NCBI RefSeq assembly: GCF_018350175.1
Contig: NC_058368.1
Coordinates: 164,426,001-164,490,000 of the forward strand
Origin: Felis catus
Taxonomy: Eukaryota
Direction: 5' to 3'
Length of the DNA: 64,000 bases
This document shows positions 38,709 to 52,520 of this stretch, piece by piece. The position numbers and the translations under genes are program-made. The notes beneath the pieces are model-generated. The model did not search any database and was not told where the DNA came from. It was given only the letters and a program-made list of their open reading frames with translations. How positions within the stretch are numbered: position 1 is the first letter of the stretch; each line of letters begins with the position of its first letter.

Positions 38709-39228
38709 ATTGCTTTAGTGCTTTAGTTACATATAGGTACCTTGGAAGGTATGGCTTTCAAATTAGATTTATATTATGTTTTACTTTCATCTGTGATGTA
38801 AAGTGAAAAATGTAAAAATTCAGAATAATTCAGTATTCAGTATTTTTATTGCATATATAGTTTGTATCAAATATCAAGCATACTTCAAGAAAATATCACC
38901 TTCATAAATGATTAACATATTACTCTGTTTTTCAGATATTAATTGATATCTCATGTTATTTTAGATCATTAAATATTGATAACTAATGTTATTTTAGATC
39001 ATTAAATATCATTAACAGTAAATTATATTTAATGTTAAACAGTTACAAATTATTAATTTTTTTGTTGGTTTAAAAATTTTGCAATGGAGAAGAGGTATAG
39101 AATAATGAACTCTGGAAATTTGGAGAACTCCAGGACATTAATCCTAAAATCAATCTTAACCCTGAATGAATTTCTCCACAAATAAAATTATAAGAATTAC
39201 AAGAATCAGATATTTGGCTTTTCAAGTT

Positions 39229-39239
39229 ATTCTTTCTTT

Positions 39240-39295
<56 letters not shown>

Positions 39296-39307
39296 TCCAT
39301 CTTTCTT

Positions 39308-39361
<54 letters not shown>
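39229..39361. repeat. (TTTC)n-(CT)n microsatellite
   Basis: Direct reading. Confidence 0.95.
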
Positions 39362-39364
<3 letters not shown>

Positions 39365-39660
39365 GATGCAGAGAAGCTGGTGTAATAAATGAAGTGGCTT
39401 GAGGAAAACACAGTTTATATCCCCTGGCTACTGGCTAAGAGGTCAGGGTTGGTAATGTAGTTCTGCCAGGTTTAACATGTGGCTTCCATATCTGACTCCA
39501 GGGAGGCTAATCCTGCTGTTGCCATTTTTTGGAGGCAGGAAAAGGCAAGCAGATGTGGAGCGAGAGGCAATTCCTTCTTGGGAAGTTCATCCCTCTCAGA
39601 GCCTCTCGTCTTATTGTCACACTGAGCTGTAAGGGTAGTTGTATTTTTAAAACACTAAGT
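39365..39660 (-). mobile_element. MaLR relic (MLT1J/K-like)
   Basis: AGTGGCTT..AGTTTAT, ATGTGGCTTCCAT, CACACTGAGCTGTAAGGG. Confidence 0.4.
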
Positions 39661-40339
39661 GGAAAATAGATATTTAAGTGTCTGTCGTCTCTTCCACAGG
39701 ACAGAACATCTGTTTCTCTATTGTTAGAATATTTTGTGATTGATTACTTATTATGAAATGAAAATTAACTAGTACAGCAATCCCAGATGTAGATTACTCT
39801 TGTTTATGATTAGGGGAATCAACAGATTTTTAAAAATGTATTAATGATATTGTTTATGTCAAAGCAGTGTGGTTTCTTTTTTTCATCTTGACTTTAGTCA
39901 ACTGATTTCACAATATAGAGAAAAAAATTATTCACAGCATTATGCTACTTCATTATTATAAAACTTATATTCTGAATGCAAATAAAATATTTGTTATTTT
40001 GTAATTGCGGCAACCTGCTTACTTTGCTTTGAATAGAAGTTAGTATCTTGATTAAACCTAGCTCCAAGGGAGGAAAGACAATACTGTTTTCATCGTAAGC
40101 TTTTTCATACTGAGAATGAGCACTGGGAGTTCTATGACCAAGAAGAAAATCACAAATAGATTCAGATCAATGAAAAAGAAGTACCATCTGATAGCCTATG
40201 GCTACATTAGATTAAAGCTGCATCTCCATAATCCCAGAACAAGCAGCAAAACGTTATTCTCAACTTGCTGTTTGAGTCACCGTCTGGTGAAAGTGCTTAT
40301 CTCTTTCAGCTCTCTTTCAGCTCTAATGTGTGATTGATC

Positions 40340-40396
40340 ATATCTATATCTATCTATATCTATATCTATATCTATATCTATATATCTATATCTATA
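40340..40396. repeat. (TATATC)n microsatellite
   Basis: Direct reading. Confidence 0.92.
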
Positions 40397-42935
40397 GATA
40401 TTCAGAAGAATTTTAAATCCTATTCTATAGTCTGCTATTACAATACAGTGTAGATCCAGTATCAAATTAAGCTTGATTGGACATACAATTTTTGAAAACC
40501 CCTTCTACTTGTCTATATAATTTATGATTTCTCTTTCAATCCTTTAAACTTAAAGGTTTAAGGAGACAAAATTACCTTGCCCTGAATCTGCAAGTGACAA
40601 CTTCTAGCAGATAGGGTACACATCAGTGTCACTGATGTCTTTTAAAAGAGTGAAAATGTTGGCCTGCATTTCTATGAATGTTCCTCGAACCATCCAGCTT
40701 CATGTGAAGAAAATATATTTCCAGCCTATATATTACTTCTGATAAAACAGCAGACCTCCAGGGCTATGAGTGGTTTAGTTGATCAAAACTGTTTTTTAAA
40801 GATGTTCCTGAGGAGGGACCGTTTGGATCAACCGTCTTGATATCATCTGTTATCCATTTCTAATTTTATTCTTCACATTCTTTCACATTTGGTATGTCGT
40901 AGGGAAAAATACACATTCCAAATTTGTAGTTTGTTTCCCATGTTGTAACATAGAGATGCAGCCTTATTAAGATGCATCTACATAAATTTTAAAAAATAAA
41001 GCAACTCTTAGTTCTTTTTCTAGATACATATTTTAATGTTTACCCTTAATGCATAGTTAGGACTTTCCCACCAGAAAAGCATCTACAAATTAAAAAAATG
41101 GAAATGCAGGCAGTAAGAAACACTCTAAACCTCTGCTGTAAATTTCTATACCAATGAGTAATAGTAATATTGTACAAAACAGACTTATGAATTCTGAAGT
41201 AATTTTTCCCTTCTTAAGGAACACTTTTCCTATTACTGTAACTGTTTTATTTTGCTCTGTTGAATTTGAGAGTGGAATCACTTTTGCTACTTAGTAATTA
41301 AAAGATAAAATCTGTTATAATATGTCATTATAGATCATTGCCAAATAAAAAGCAAGCACCAGATGGTGTGCTTTATGTTAAGCTACAGTGAACATGCATT
41401 AGGACTTCTTTTTCTCTCCCAGGAAAATTGCAATTTATTTTAGATCCTTTATACTATGGAAGTTGTAGACCAAGAAGCTGTTTTTACTAGCATGGAATCC
41501 ATAAAAAGTGCAGTATCATCTCTAGTTTTAATGATCTATGATGGGTTACCTTAAGACACACTATAATGTATCATGTATTTTCCCTTCTTTCTTCTTTTTA
41601 TCGTATGGACAATTGACAAGAGGCAACCAAAGCTAAATTTTAGGAAGTCTAATTGTCAGTTGTTAATAAAAATATTAGGAGATCTAACAAATTCTTTATT
41701 TGCCTTTTTTTTTTAATTGACATCCTGACTATTGTATAGGGAGAGAAAAGATTCCCCATCCTCCATCTACTGGCAGTGATGTGGTTTTTAAAATTTGCTT
41801 CTCTTTGTACTCTCATTAATATCCAAGCTCTTTTTGAGGACTTTGATCCACATGTTGAGACCCTTCTCGTCACTTTATCTTAAGCTTTTTTAACTTTGTC
41901 CCCTGGTGTCCTGCTCTGTTGACCTCCTTTCTGTTTCTCACACAGGGCCACTTGTTCCCCATATTATTAGGGTTTTCAAACATGATATTTCTCTCAGCTT
42001 TCTTGTCTCCTCGGGTGTCTTGCTCCTTCTTAATTTGTGATTTCACTCTAAATATCAGGGAGGGCTCACCCGTATCCCATCTCTGATCTGGACATTGGAA
42101 CTTGCTCCCTTGATTTATGTTAGTCATATATTTATATTCTGTTAATAAATTGTCTTCCTCATTATATTTAAAATCCAAACTGACAGGGTGCATGTAGTTT
42201 TTAGTAACTAATCTATACTAATACATAAATTCAATAAAAATAGTGTAAATAACTAAAATAAAAAAAATAGGAAAATATTGCTATACTATTTAACATACTA
42301 TCAAACTTTTTATATAGTCAGTGTTTAATTATCAATAGCAAACTACCACCAATACTTTGGAAATAATTCAATTTGAATTGGATTCTCTTCCCTACCCTCC
42401 AAGTCCTTGGCCATTAACAGTTGAAACGGAAGTAGTAAGTAGAGTTACAATGTTTTGCATTTGTAGAAATGTTTTACTTGGTGAGAGCTGATTAACTTAA
42501 TGCAATTTAGTGAACTATTATTCACTATCTTTACCAAAAACTGCATGAAGTAATTACGTAAAATTTACCAGAAAGAATGTAAAGATTTTACTAAAATAGA
42601 AAAGTATTGAGTAAATGATTTTTATTTTCTTTTCAAGATGTTTTAGAACAGTGCCAATTGCTATGTAAGTAACAACTGTTTTGTAAGTAGGAAAAAAACC
42701 CAGTTTTACTACCTCTGAGATTTTTGAAATGGACATTATTAGAAAATTAAAGAATAGTAAGATAAAATTTTATCTCTTATTTGAAAAGTCATCTTAATTT
42801 CTGTATTGTTTGGACACAGCTCTCTAGCATTTAGTCTAATTCAATAAATGAAATTGAACAATTAGAGGCGAAATGTTAAAAACAAATTCAGAGAAACACA
42901 AGTGTTTATGTATACTTTAAGTTCACTTTGGGAAT

Positions 42936-43296
42936 TGTATTAGCCTCCTTGGGCTGCCATACCAAAATATCATAGAACATAGAAAATAAATAACAGAAAT
43001 TTATTTTCTCAGAGTTCTGGAGGCTAGAAGTCCAGCTGGCAAGGTTGATTTCTTGTGAGGCCTTTCTTTTTGGCTCGTAGGTAATCACCTATGGCTGTAT
43101 GCCCCCAGACTTTTCTCTGTGTAAGTGCACTTCTGGTGTCTCTTGCTCTTCTTACAAGGACTTTGGACTAGGACTCCACCCTTATGACTTCATTTAACCT
43201 TAATTATGTCTTTAATGGTCCTGTGTCCAAATGCAGTTATTTTAGGGTTAAAGTTTCAACATGTGGGCTCTGGGGGACAAACTTCTGTCCATAACA
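42936..43296 (-). mobile_element. MaLR solo LTR (MLT1A0-like)
   Basis: TGTATTAG..GGGCTGCCATA..TTCTCAGAGTTCTGGAGGCTAGAAGTCCA..GGGGGACA..TCCATAACA, with TG..CA termini. Confidence 0.85.
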
Positions 43297-43345
43297 GTGT
43301 TTACACACTGCACTTTCCAAACATTCATTCGAAAATATGATATAT

Positions 43346-43556
43346 GGGGCGCCTGGGTGGCTCAATCGTTTACGCTTTCGTTTTCTGCTCAGGTCATGGT
43401 CTCACAACTTGTGAGTTTGAGCCTCGCAGCAGACCCTGTGCTGACAGTTCAAAGCCTAGAGTCTGATTCGGATTCTGTGTCTCCCTCTCTCTCTGCCCTT
43501 CCCCTGCATGTGCTCTGCCTCTCTCAAAAATAAACATTTAAAAAAGTTTTAAAAAT
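43346..43556 (+). mobile_element. Can-SINE
   Basis: GGGGCGCCTGGGTGGCTCAATCG..TTCGGATTCTGTGTCTCCCTCTCT, A tail. Confidence 0.94.
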
Positions 43557-44665
43557 ATACGAAAAATATACGAGATACTGCTTACAAGTCATAAAAGAAA
43601 AATACAAGGATGACATCTCAGAGACCCATTTACTCATAAAGTCCCCATGATGCTAGTCAAATAGTTGAAACTTAGAGAAAGAACAGTAAAATTCACAAGT
43701 GAGACACATAAAGAATATGAGGACTAATGTGAAATCTTTTTATACCATTCCTTAGTCCACTGTTTCACTGTGTTTGGGTGAATAATAATCTCCACTGATT
43801 CTTCGTTATAAAAGTATTCTTTCTTCAAATAAATGTGTTGAATGCTGGGTACAAAATGTTCTTTGTGAATATTCACAATGCTTTGTGCTCTAAGAATTGC
43901 ATAAAGTTGGCAGAAAGATGCATATTAACCTAGGTTACTGTTTTTACTTCATGTTAAAATATGTGAATTCCAGAGATATTTCTGCATAAAATGCACTGAA
44001 AAAAAAAATCCCAACTTAAAGTACCATTGCTCTAAAGCACAGTAAACAGATAGGGATCTGTCACATTAAATGTTAATCTTCTACTTGCTGATTTACCTGT
44101 GCTATAGGGAAGTATGCTTAAACTTCTGACTTTATTGTATGGTGGCTATTTTAGAGCTATTGTTTGTAGGGAATTTTAACTATGCAAGCCTTTCTATAAC
44201 TCTACTTTAAAAAGTAGAATGAAAAAGGAAAGTTTAATACTGTAGAATGAATAGAAGTGTCAGAATGGAGATTCACTATTTATTGTGAATTATCTTGCTT
44301 TTATTGGTTGCAGTCAAGCTTTTGAGGTTAAATAAACAGTTTTCCGAGACTGACCGAGTATGCTTCATTTGTATATAAACATGCTCAAGAACCATAACGA
44401 TATTAGAGGTTTCAGAGTGTTATATACATTGAACAAATGCACACATTGTATCTGAAGATACTATTTATTCAACATTTGTCATGCATTTCAATGAGTAAAA
44501 ATCACATGTGCATAGAAAGCATTTCCCTGAAAATCAATAGTCAGAGATTCTTGTCTTCTTCCAAGAAGAGACCTGGAAAGAGAAAAGAGTATCTGAAGCG
44601 TTCAGTGCCATTCAAGTTCAGATACTAAATAAACTTTCTGTCAGTCAAAAGTCAGATATATTAGG

Positions 44666-44696
<31 letters not shown>

Positions 44697-47306
44697 CCAC
44701 AACAGCTTGTAAGTAAACATCAGTTCAGTTAGGTTGGAAACAAATGAAAGCCAAAAGCACAATGGACTAACTCAGGGATAACTGCAGAATGCTTCAGGTC
44801 TTACTCTGTCTCAGAGGTCAGAGAATAGAGTTTTGATGGGAAAGTAGAAGAGTACTTTCTGTTCTTTGACCCTGCAGTCCCTCGATATCTAGAATGCCGT
44901 TATGCTAACTTTGAGGAGAGAAAAAATAAACTTTAGGTTTTTTTGTTTGATACTTTATAGATGACTTGAAACTCTTTTAATACATTTTTGAATGGAATAA
45001 AGATTACGTGTTCTTATAAATGTATAATTTTAACACATGGACTTACTACAAAATTTAATGGATAATACAATAAGAATTGATGAAGTGTAAAAAAAAATCA
45101 CTGTGTTTTTAGTAATGGAAAGCTAATTTTAAATGTGAGAGAAAAACAGAATTAACTGTTTAATAATCATTTTGTGTAATTTACCATTTGTATTTGTCCA
45201 TTTAAAGAGTTTTTCCAAGTGAGTGAGTGAACTGTACATTAAGTAAAACAACATATGGGGATGGAAAAGAGATGGAAAAATATTCTTAACCCACACGTAG
45301 ATACTTTGAATAGCATAGCTAAAATTTATTGAGCACTATCTTACTCTTTAAATTCCATTTTACTGTTTTAGCTTTCAAAAGGAAAATCCAAAGGATAAAT
45401 ATGAAAGGATTCTTTTTCATTCCACAACAGTTAAGTGAACACTCCTGTGACTGAGAAACAACTATCTGAAAACAGGGCATCCCAGCTTTAGTAGTTAATT
45501 TGTAAACATTATTTTATTATTTTTTCAAGCTTCAGTAGTTAATTTGTAAATATTATTTTATTATTTTTATGAAATGAACACACTTTATTAGACTTTCCTT
45601 AGTGTGAGTTGTAAGCAAAATATTAAAAATATATCATGTAATTTATTTCTTTAATGCATGCTATCTAGTGCTTTCCTGTATTTCCTTATATAAGCAGTTA
45701 AATCCTAAATCATTTTTATGATTTTCTGACAACTTCTATTATAAAAAGTATTAATAAAAAACCAATTCAATAATTTATTTGTAGATTCTTAAAAAGATTT
45801 TTACCAAAAAAAACTTAAATCATCAAAATGACTGCTCCTTCAATTTTTATTCATTCAGTATATTTATTCTTTACCTGAGAACCAGCCCTTTACTCATAGG
45901 TCCCAAATATTGTTCTAATTCTTGTACTACCATTTAAAATGGCCAATTATAGTTTTAAAATAATTTTGGTTCTTACTGTATGTAAACTGAGATTTTCATG
46001 GCAAATGAAAAAAGAAAATAGGTATTTTTTTCCTATAATGTCCAGAAAAATATTCAAAAGCAAATTTTGCTATAAAATCTTGCTCAATTAAAATGTTTTA
46101 ATTTTTCATTTCTATAATACCTTGAAAGTAAACAGAATAATTAGCTTTATATTTTGAAGATCCTTATCAAATTTTGTTATTTCTTAGATAAATATCATCT
46201 TAAATATTAATATTCTGATAAAGGATATTTTTGAAAAAAACCATTTGACCTAGAATGAGCTATCTTCTTTTATTTATAATACATTAATGCACATGCATTG
46301 CATCTACGGTATAAGCTTTTACCACCATACTCATAGGCCTAGGAATTATATACATAAAATGTATTGCACAATCTGTGTATACATATATTGTAGAAGATTA
46401 TTCAAAATGAATTTGTAGACTTAATATAATCCAGTATAGAAATAAAAATAATAAATATGTTTTGGCTTGAACTCTCTAAGTTGGAGAAGAGAAAAATACT
46501 TTCAATATTTGAACATTTTAAAAAGAGCTCTCTCAAATTAACTTTTAAAAAAGAACACCTTGGAATATTTAATTGAATACTTTATGAAAATATGACCTCA
46601 GACTTGGTCACACTGACTTTGAACACATCATCATTTCTTTCAAGATTGACCTTAGGGACATGATGCATTTTAAGTGAGTTGCCAACATCCATGATGAAGT
46701 CCTTCGATTTGCATGTTTCTAAACTCTTTTTTTTTTTCCATTTACCTAAGACTATCAGACTCTGGGGGAACTCCTTGCTACAGAGAAATTTATTTTAGCT
46801 AACTAAGTTATAAATTTTAAGCTGGTGGTGGGGTCGGAATAAGGAGGGAGGTGAAAGCAATATTTGTTCTGAATAAGGCCACCAAATATCTCTATAGAAT
46901 AGTGCTTTTCCAAAGGGCACATTAGAATATTATTAGAATATTATTTTAAATTATAATTGGTCATTGCAAATGATAAATTGACAACAGAATTAGCACAAAG
47001 GAATTGAACTTTATTTTGGAATGTAACCATCAAATTTTGATAGCTGAATTTCTTTGCTTTACTCTATGAAAGACTGCAGAATAGAACAAAAAGAGCTTAT
47101 CATTTCAAATAGACAACTTACTATCTAGGCCAGCCAAAAACCATCACAGGTTTGTGGATTTTTCATCAGTATCTTTATATAAAATAATAGCAAACATAAT
47201 AACAACAATAACAACACTGATAATCTCTACTTCAAAGCATTTTGTGAGGAAGCTATGAGTTAGACTTATTATAAAGCATCATGTTTATAAAATTTGTTAG
47301 TTATTT

Positions 47307-47531
47307 AAAATTGTTTTAAGGTTATTTATTTTTGAGAGAGAGAGAAAGAGAGAGAGAGAGAAAAAGTGCTAGTGGGGGAGGGGCAGAGAGAGAGGAGGAG
47401 AGAGAAACAGAATCTGAAGCCAACAGGCTCTCAGCTGTCAGCACAGAGCCTGATGCAGGGATCGAACTCAAGAGCCTGACCTGAAGCAAAGTCAGACACT
47501 TAACTAACTGGCTGAGCCACCCAGGCACCTC
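47307..47531 (-). mobile_element. Can-SINE
   Basis: TSD ATAAAATTTGTTA(G/C)TTATTT at 47287-47306 and 47532-47551. Confidence 0.94.
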
Positions 47532-47641
47532 ATAAAATTTGTTACTTATTTTAAATAAATGAAATAAAATATGTTGCATGTACAGGAAGAAAACCGTAAC
47601 ATGGATAGGGAAAAACAAATATTTAAAACTGCATTTTTCTA

Positions 47642-48293
47642 TGGGAATGCAAGCTGGTGCAGCCACTCTGGAAAACAGTATGGAGGCTCCTCAAAAAGCT
47701 AAAAATAGAACTACTCTACAACCCAGCAATTACACTACTGGGCATTTATCCAAGGGATACATGTGTGCTGTTTCAAAGGGACACATGCACCCCCATGTTT
47801 AAAACAATAGCCAAAGGATGGAAAGAGCCCAAATGTCCATCGGTGGATGAATGGATAAAGAAAATGTGGTGTATATATATATATACAATGGAGTATTACT
47901 TGGCAATCAAAAAGAATGAAATCTTGCCATTTGCAACTACATGGATGGAACTGGAGGGCATTACGCTAAGTGAAATTAGTCAGAGAAAGACAAGTATCAT
48001 ATGACTTCACTTATATGAGAACTTTAAGAGACAAAACAGATGAACATAAGGGAAGGGAAACAAAAATAATATAAAAACATGGAGGGGAACAAAACAGAAG
48101 AGACTCAAATTTGGAGAACAAATTGAGGGTTACTACTGGAGGGGTTGTGGAAGGGGGGGGTGGGCTAAATGGGTAAGGGGCACTAAAGAATTTATTCCTG
48201 AAATTGTTGCACTATATCCTAACTAATTTGGATGTAAATTAAAAAAAATAAAATAAAAAAACAAGTTAAAAAATAAAATAAAGCCACTTTAAA
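47642..48293 (+). mobile_element. LINE-1 3' end (feliform-type), 5'-truncated, 17-bp TSD
   Basis: TSD AAAACTGCATTTTTCTA at 47625-47641 and 48294-48310. ORF 47657-48004 is the ORF2 C-terminus ([32 protein letters not shown]). Confidence 0.95.
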
Positions 48294-48314
48294 AAAACTG
48301 CATTTTTCTAATTC

Positions 48315-48492
48315 ATCACTATTCAATAGAACTTTTTGTGAAGATGGGAATATTCTATATTCTTTATGTTCGCTAGGGCTCCTTAGGTCCAGATGGCTAT
48401 TGAGCACATGAAACATGGCTAGTGTGACTGAGGAAATACTGTTTTAATTTTATTTAATTTAAATTAAACCTAATAAGTCATATGTGGCTAGA
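48315..48492. mobile_element. MER3-like hAT relic
   Basis: CAATAGAACTTTTTGTGAAGATGGGAAT..GGCTATTGAGCAC..GGCTAGTGTGACTGAGGAA..CATATGTGGCTAG. Confidence 0.75.
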
Positions 48493-48499
48493 TGAGAAG

Positions 48500-49070
48500 A
48501 AGAATGTAGTGGCAAGGATTCTAAATATTTCTGAACACCCCATAGAAGCAGTGAGTGCAAATATGGTAGCAAAACAATAATCACATAGACATAATTTACA
48601 AAACAAAACAACTAGATGACAAAGAATCTCTAAGAATCTCAATATGTGATCAACTAGGGACAAGCTACCCGCAGTTTCAACACCTGTATAACATGAACAA
48701 TGGAACATACAAATGCACAAGAAAAAATGGGCCAACAGATGGACTTGAGAACTCCAAAACAGTCAATGGTTACTTAAAAGAAAATATGGGAGAATAATAA
48801 GGATAGCGAAAAACAGGCAGATTTTGCCCTCTCCAATAATAGAAGAATGCAAGGGGTCACAGTAATATCTACATTAGATGAAGCATTCTAGGCCCCAAGA
48901 ACCTCAAAATTAAGAAGCCAAGGCTCACTTCTAGAACAATCCTCACATTGAGGAGAAATTGGAATAGAATCTAAGCCTAGATCAATAGAATCAATAGAGA
49001 AAAGGAAAGAGTCCAGATAAAAGTAAGGAAAAGGAAGAAATCTTAGCAATTCTTACTAATAAGAGTCAGA
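48500..49070 (+). mobile_element. HAL1-like 5' relic
   Basis: ACTAGATGACAAAG..GGGACAAGCTACC resembles recalled HAL1 5' sequence. Confidence 0.3.
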
Positions 49071-49641
49071 ATTACACATATTGCTCATTTTAAAGAACAT
49101 TTCTTTTCCATTTTCAATTTGCTGTTTCCATAGATGCCAAATATATAACCTTGATTTTTTCAACCTCAACACTTAATGTTTGCTTGAATATTTACTTTAT
49201 TATACTACATTTTTCCTATCCATCACCACAAACATTTCAACGAAATCATAATTTCAAGGTACAATCAGTAGAAAAATGCAGATCCTTTAATGGATAGGCA
49301 TAATTGTAAAGGAATCATTTTCAGACGTAACCTACTCAATGCTCTGATTCAGCGATTCCTTTTTTTATTGATAAGAAACAAATAAATGAAAGTAAGGTGT
49401 AGTTTTCAATGGTTTAGAAGATCTTGTTCCTGGTAAGTTTTTTTAATTGAAAAAAAATACAGCAAGATACAAAACAAAATTTTAACTTATTTTTATTAAT
49501 TTTTTTATATTTGTGAAGAACATGTTGATAGTCTTCACTAAGATCATTAAACAGAACTTTTCCAGACATTTTGAGAGGTGGTAGCCTGAATTACAACCTA
49601 AGCTAAAATGATTTACCCTGCCTGGGAATCTCAGCATTCTT

Positions 49642-49857
49642 TTTTCTTTTTTCTTTTTCTTTTTCTTTTTTTTAAGTTTTATTTATTTTTGAGAGATCTC
49701 AAGCAGAGGAGGGGGCAGAGAGATTGGGACAGAGGATCTGAAGCGGGCGTTGCGCTGACAGCAGCAAGCCCAATATGGGGCTTGAACCCACGAACCACAG
49801 GATCTTGACCTGAGCCAAAACATGACATTTAACTGCCAGAACCACCAAGGTGGCCCA
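49642..49857 (-). mobile_element. Can-SINE
   Basis: TSD GGA(A/G)TCTCAG(C/T)ATTCTT at 49625-49641 and 49858-49874. Confidence 0.92.
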
Positions 49858-50119
49858 GGAGTCTCAGTATTCTTATCTGCAAAATGGACATCACATTCAG
49901 ACATGTTTTAGATTTTCTCAATTTCTTTCAAGCCTGCATTATGTGTATATGTATAACAGATATATAATCTGGTTATATATATATGTATATATATATTTCA
50001 TATTATATATCTAAATTATATACATATACTGTATATGTGTAAAACTATATATATGTGTGTGTGTATATATATACACACATATATATACGCAGGTGTGTGT
50101 ATGTATGCATATACTTCTG

Positions 50120-52520
50120 TTAAAATGTAGTGTAAAGTTAATTTTTGCAGATATTTTTTTGTATTTAGTATTCTTTATGCATTCACTTATTAATTTTTAT
50201 AGATAATATATAAATTTTTTTGTATTTTATGCAACACAGTCTCATCGTCTGAAAATAACAAAATTTTCGTATTTTTTTGTTAGTGTTCTTGCTAGTTTTT
50301 GCTTTCCAGCATCATATGTGTACTTCCTTTTCCTAATTATAGATAGGTGGAAGCATTTATTTCAGTATTGAATACATGTGCTGACAACGTATTTCCTTTA
50401 GAAAGGAGGAAACAATTTCAGCATTTAAAAATTAAAGCTAATGTTTTCTGTATTGAAATAAATTTTGGTATACACTCTGTTTAAAATTAAGAAATATGAC
50501 AGTTTAGTAGACAAATATTTTGGTCAAAAGCAGTGAATTGTCTTCATGAAAAATTATTAATGTTATTATATGTTTCTTTTTCTCCTTTTTATATAGTTTT
50601 GTTTTGAACTATATGAAACTTACAAAATTAAACTAACTTTGCAGGAGAAATGTTTTTTATACTTTTCCTTCCTTCTAATCTTTGTCAGGTTTTAATATCA
50701 AGGTAATGATGTCCTCATACAACAATTAGACCTATCTGCATTAATTCCTTTCTGTGGAAGACATTGTGTCATATCTATCTTATCTTTTCCTTCAACATTT
50801 GGCACAACCTACTCCTGGAGCTATCTGGCCTAGATGTTTCAAAGTGGGAAAGATTTTAATTACAAACTCTCTTTCTTTAAATATTAGTTAGATTTTCTTT
50901 TCTTTCCTGTGCAATTTACAAATCAAACTTTTCTTCATTTTTTTGCATCTAATAGTTTCAAATTTATTGGTATTTTATAATTGTTAATGACATCTTTGAT
51001 TCTTCTTAATATTCATAAATTTTGTAATGATGTTCCCTTTTATTGTTTCCTTTTGAAATTGATGTTGCAAATTCTTTTTTCTTTTAATTTTTTAGCATTT
51101 ATTTTTTATTGAGAGACAGAGAGACACACAGCATGAGCAGGGGAGGAGTAGAGAGAGGGGGAGATAAGGAATCTGAAGGAGGCTCCAGGCTCTGAGCTGT
51201 CAGCACAGAGCCCCATGCAGGGCTTGAACTCAGAAACTGTGAGATCATGACCTGGGTTGAAGTCGGTCACCTAACCAACTGAGCCACCCAGGCTTCCCAC
51301 AAATTCTTTTTTTTAATTCAGTGTACCAAAGTTTTAGAAACTTAATTCATCTTTATAAAAACACAAAGACAAATGTAATTAAAAATAATTTTTGTTTACT
51401 CTCTTTTCAAAATTTTATTTTAATATTTTTGCTTCTGTTTGTATGTTAGATGTTGTAATTTCTTTGAGTTATATTTGCTCTCATCTTTCTATATCAGAGA
51501 CAGATAATTATATAATTGGTTGGAAACCTTTTGTCTAATTGAAACATTTAGTATATAATTTCTGTCTTATTGTGGCTCTACTTTTAGCTCTTAAGGTTTG
51601 ATACATTATCATATTCTCTTTTTTATGTCATTTTTTTGAATTATACTAACTTATAAAATTATTTTTGGTTAATTCCCATTTGGGTTTACTCTTTGAGCCT
51701 TGGATAATTAAGCATAGTTTCCTGAAATCCAAGAATAAAATTACTTAGTATAATTTTTTATTGACTTACTGCTGAAATTTTCCATTTTATGATTCAAGCC
51801 TTTGAAATTTGCATAGGCATCTTTTATGTCTAAGAATATTGGTAATTATGGTAATTTTGTATGCATTTGAAAGGAATGTGCTTAATGTTTTTGCTCTGGT
51901 TGTCTTATAACTAAAAATGTGTTAACATCTACCACATTAATACAGACTTGTCTTTTCTCCTTTGATTTTGATTATTTTGATTGAAATATTTCTCATTACC
52001 TTGTTTCTCTTTTTCTCTAGTAATTCATTTGGCCACAATGTTTACTTTTCCTAATATTCATATAGTGGGACTAAATTTATTTTGTTAATATATTCAGTGT
52101 ATACTTTTTTATTCTTTCAATCTAATTCAACAATATTGTTTTATTTCAGACAATCACTATTTACTGTTTTACTTATACACACCCTTTTTATATTGTTCTT
52201 TGTTCCCCCTGTATCTACAAGATTTTATCTGAGATTATTTATGTTCTGCTTTAGAAAAAACACTTTAATACTGTATTGAGTGTTGGTATGCTAATGATAA
52301 ATTATCTCAATTTTTGTCCTGAAATTTCTTTCAGCTTTCTTTTTTTGGATGGCATTTATGCTGCATATAAATTTTAAATTGGAAATTTGTATGATACAGA
52401 ATTCCAAAATGGAAATGATTTTCTTTTATCACATTAAGTATAAAATTCATCTTATTGTTCTCTGACCTGTTATTCCTGTTGAAAATTCAACCTTCATTCT
52501 TATTGTTGCTCTTTTGACAT
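50120..52520 (-). mobile_element. Ancient LINE-1 (L1ME-like), left part
   Basis: T-rich antisense ORF2/ORF1 decay (GTCAGGTTTTAATATCAAGGTAATG; TTCCTGTTGAAAATTCAACC..CTTATTGTTGCTC). Continues after 59775. Confidence 0.65.
51081..51299 (-). mobile_element. Can-SINE
   Basis: TSD CAAATTCTTTTTT at 51068-51080 and 51300-51312. Confidence 0.94.

Noticed and set aside
38407..38806. Overlapping 89-124 aa ORFs (also 32517-32732, 39070-39411)
   Set aside because: Translations of stop-free microsatellites.
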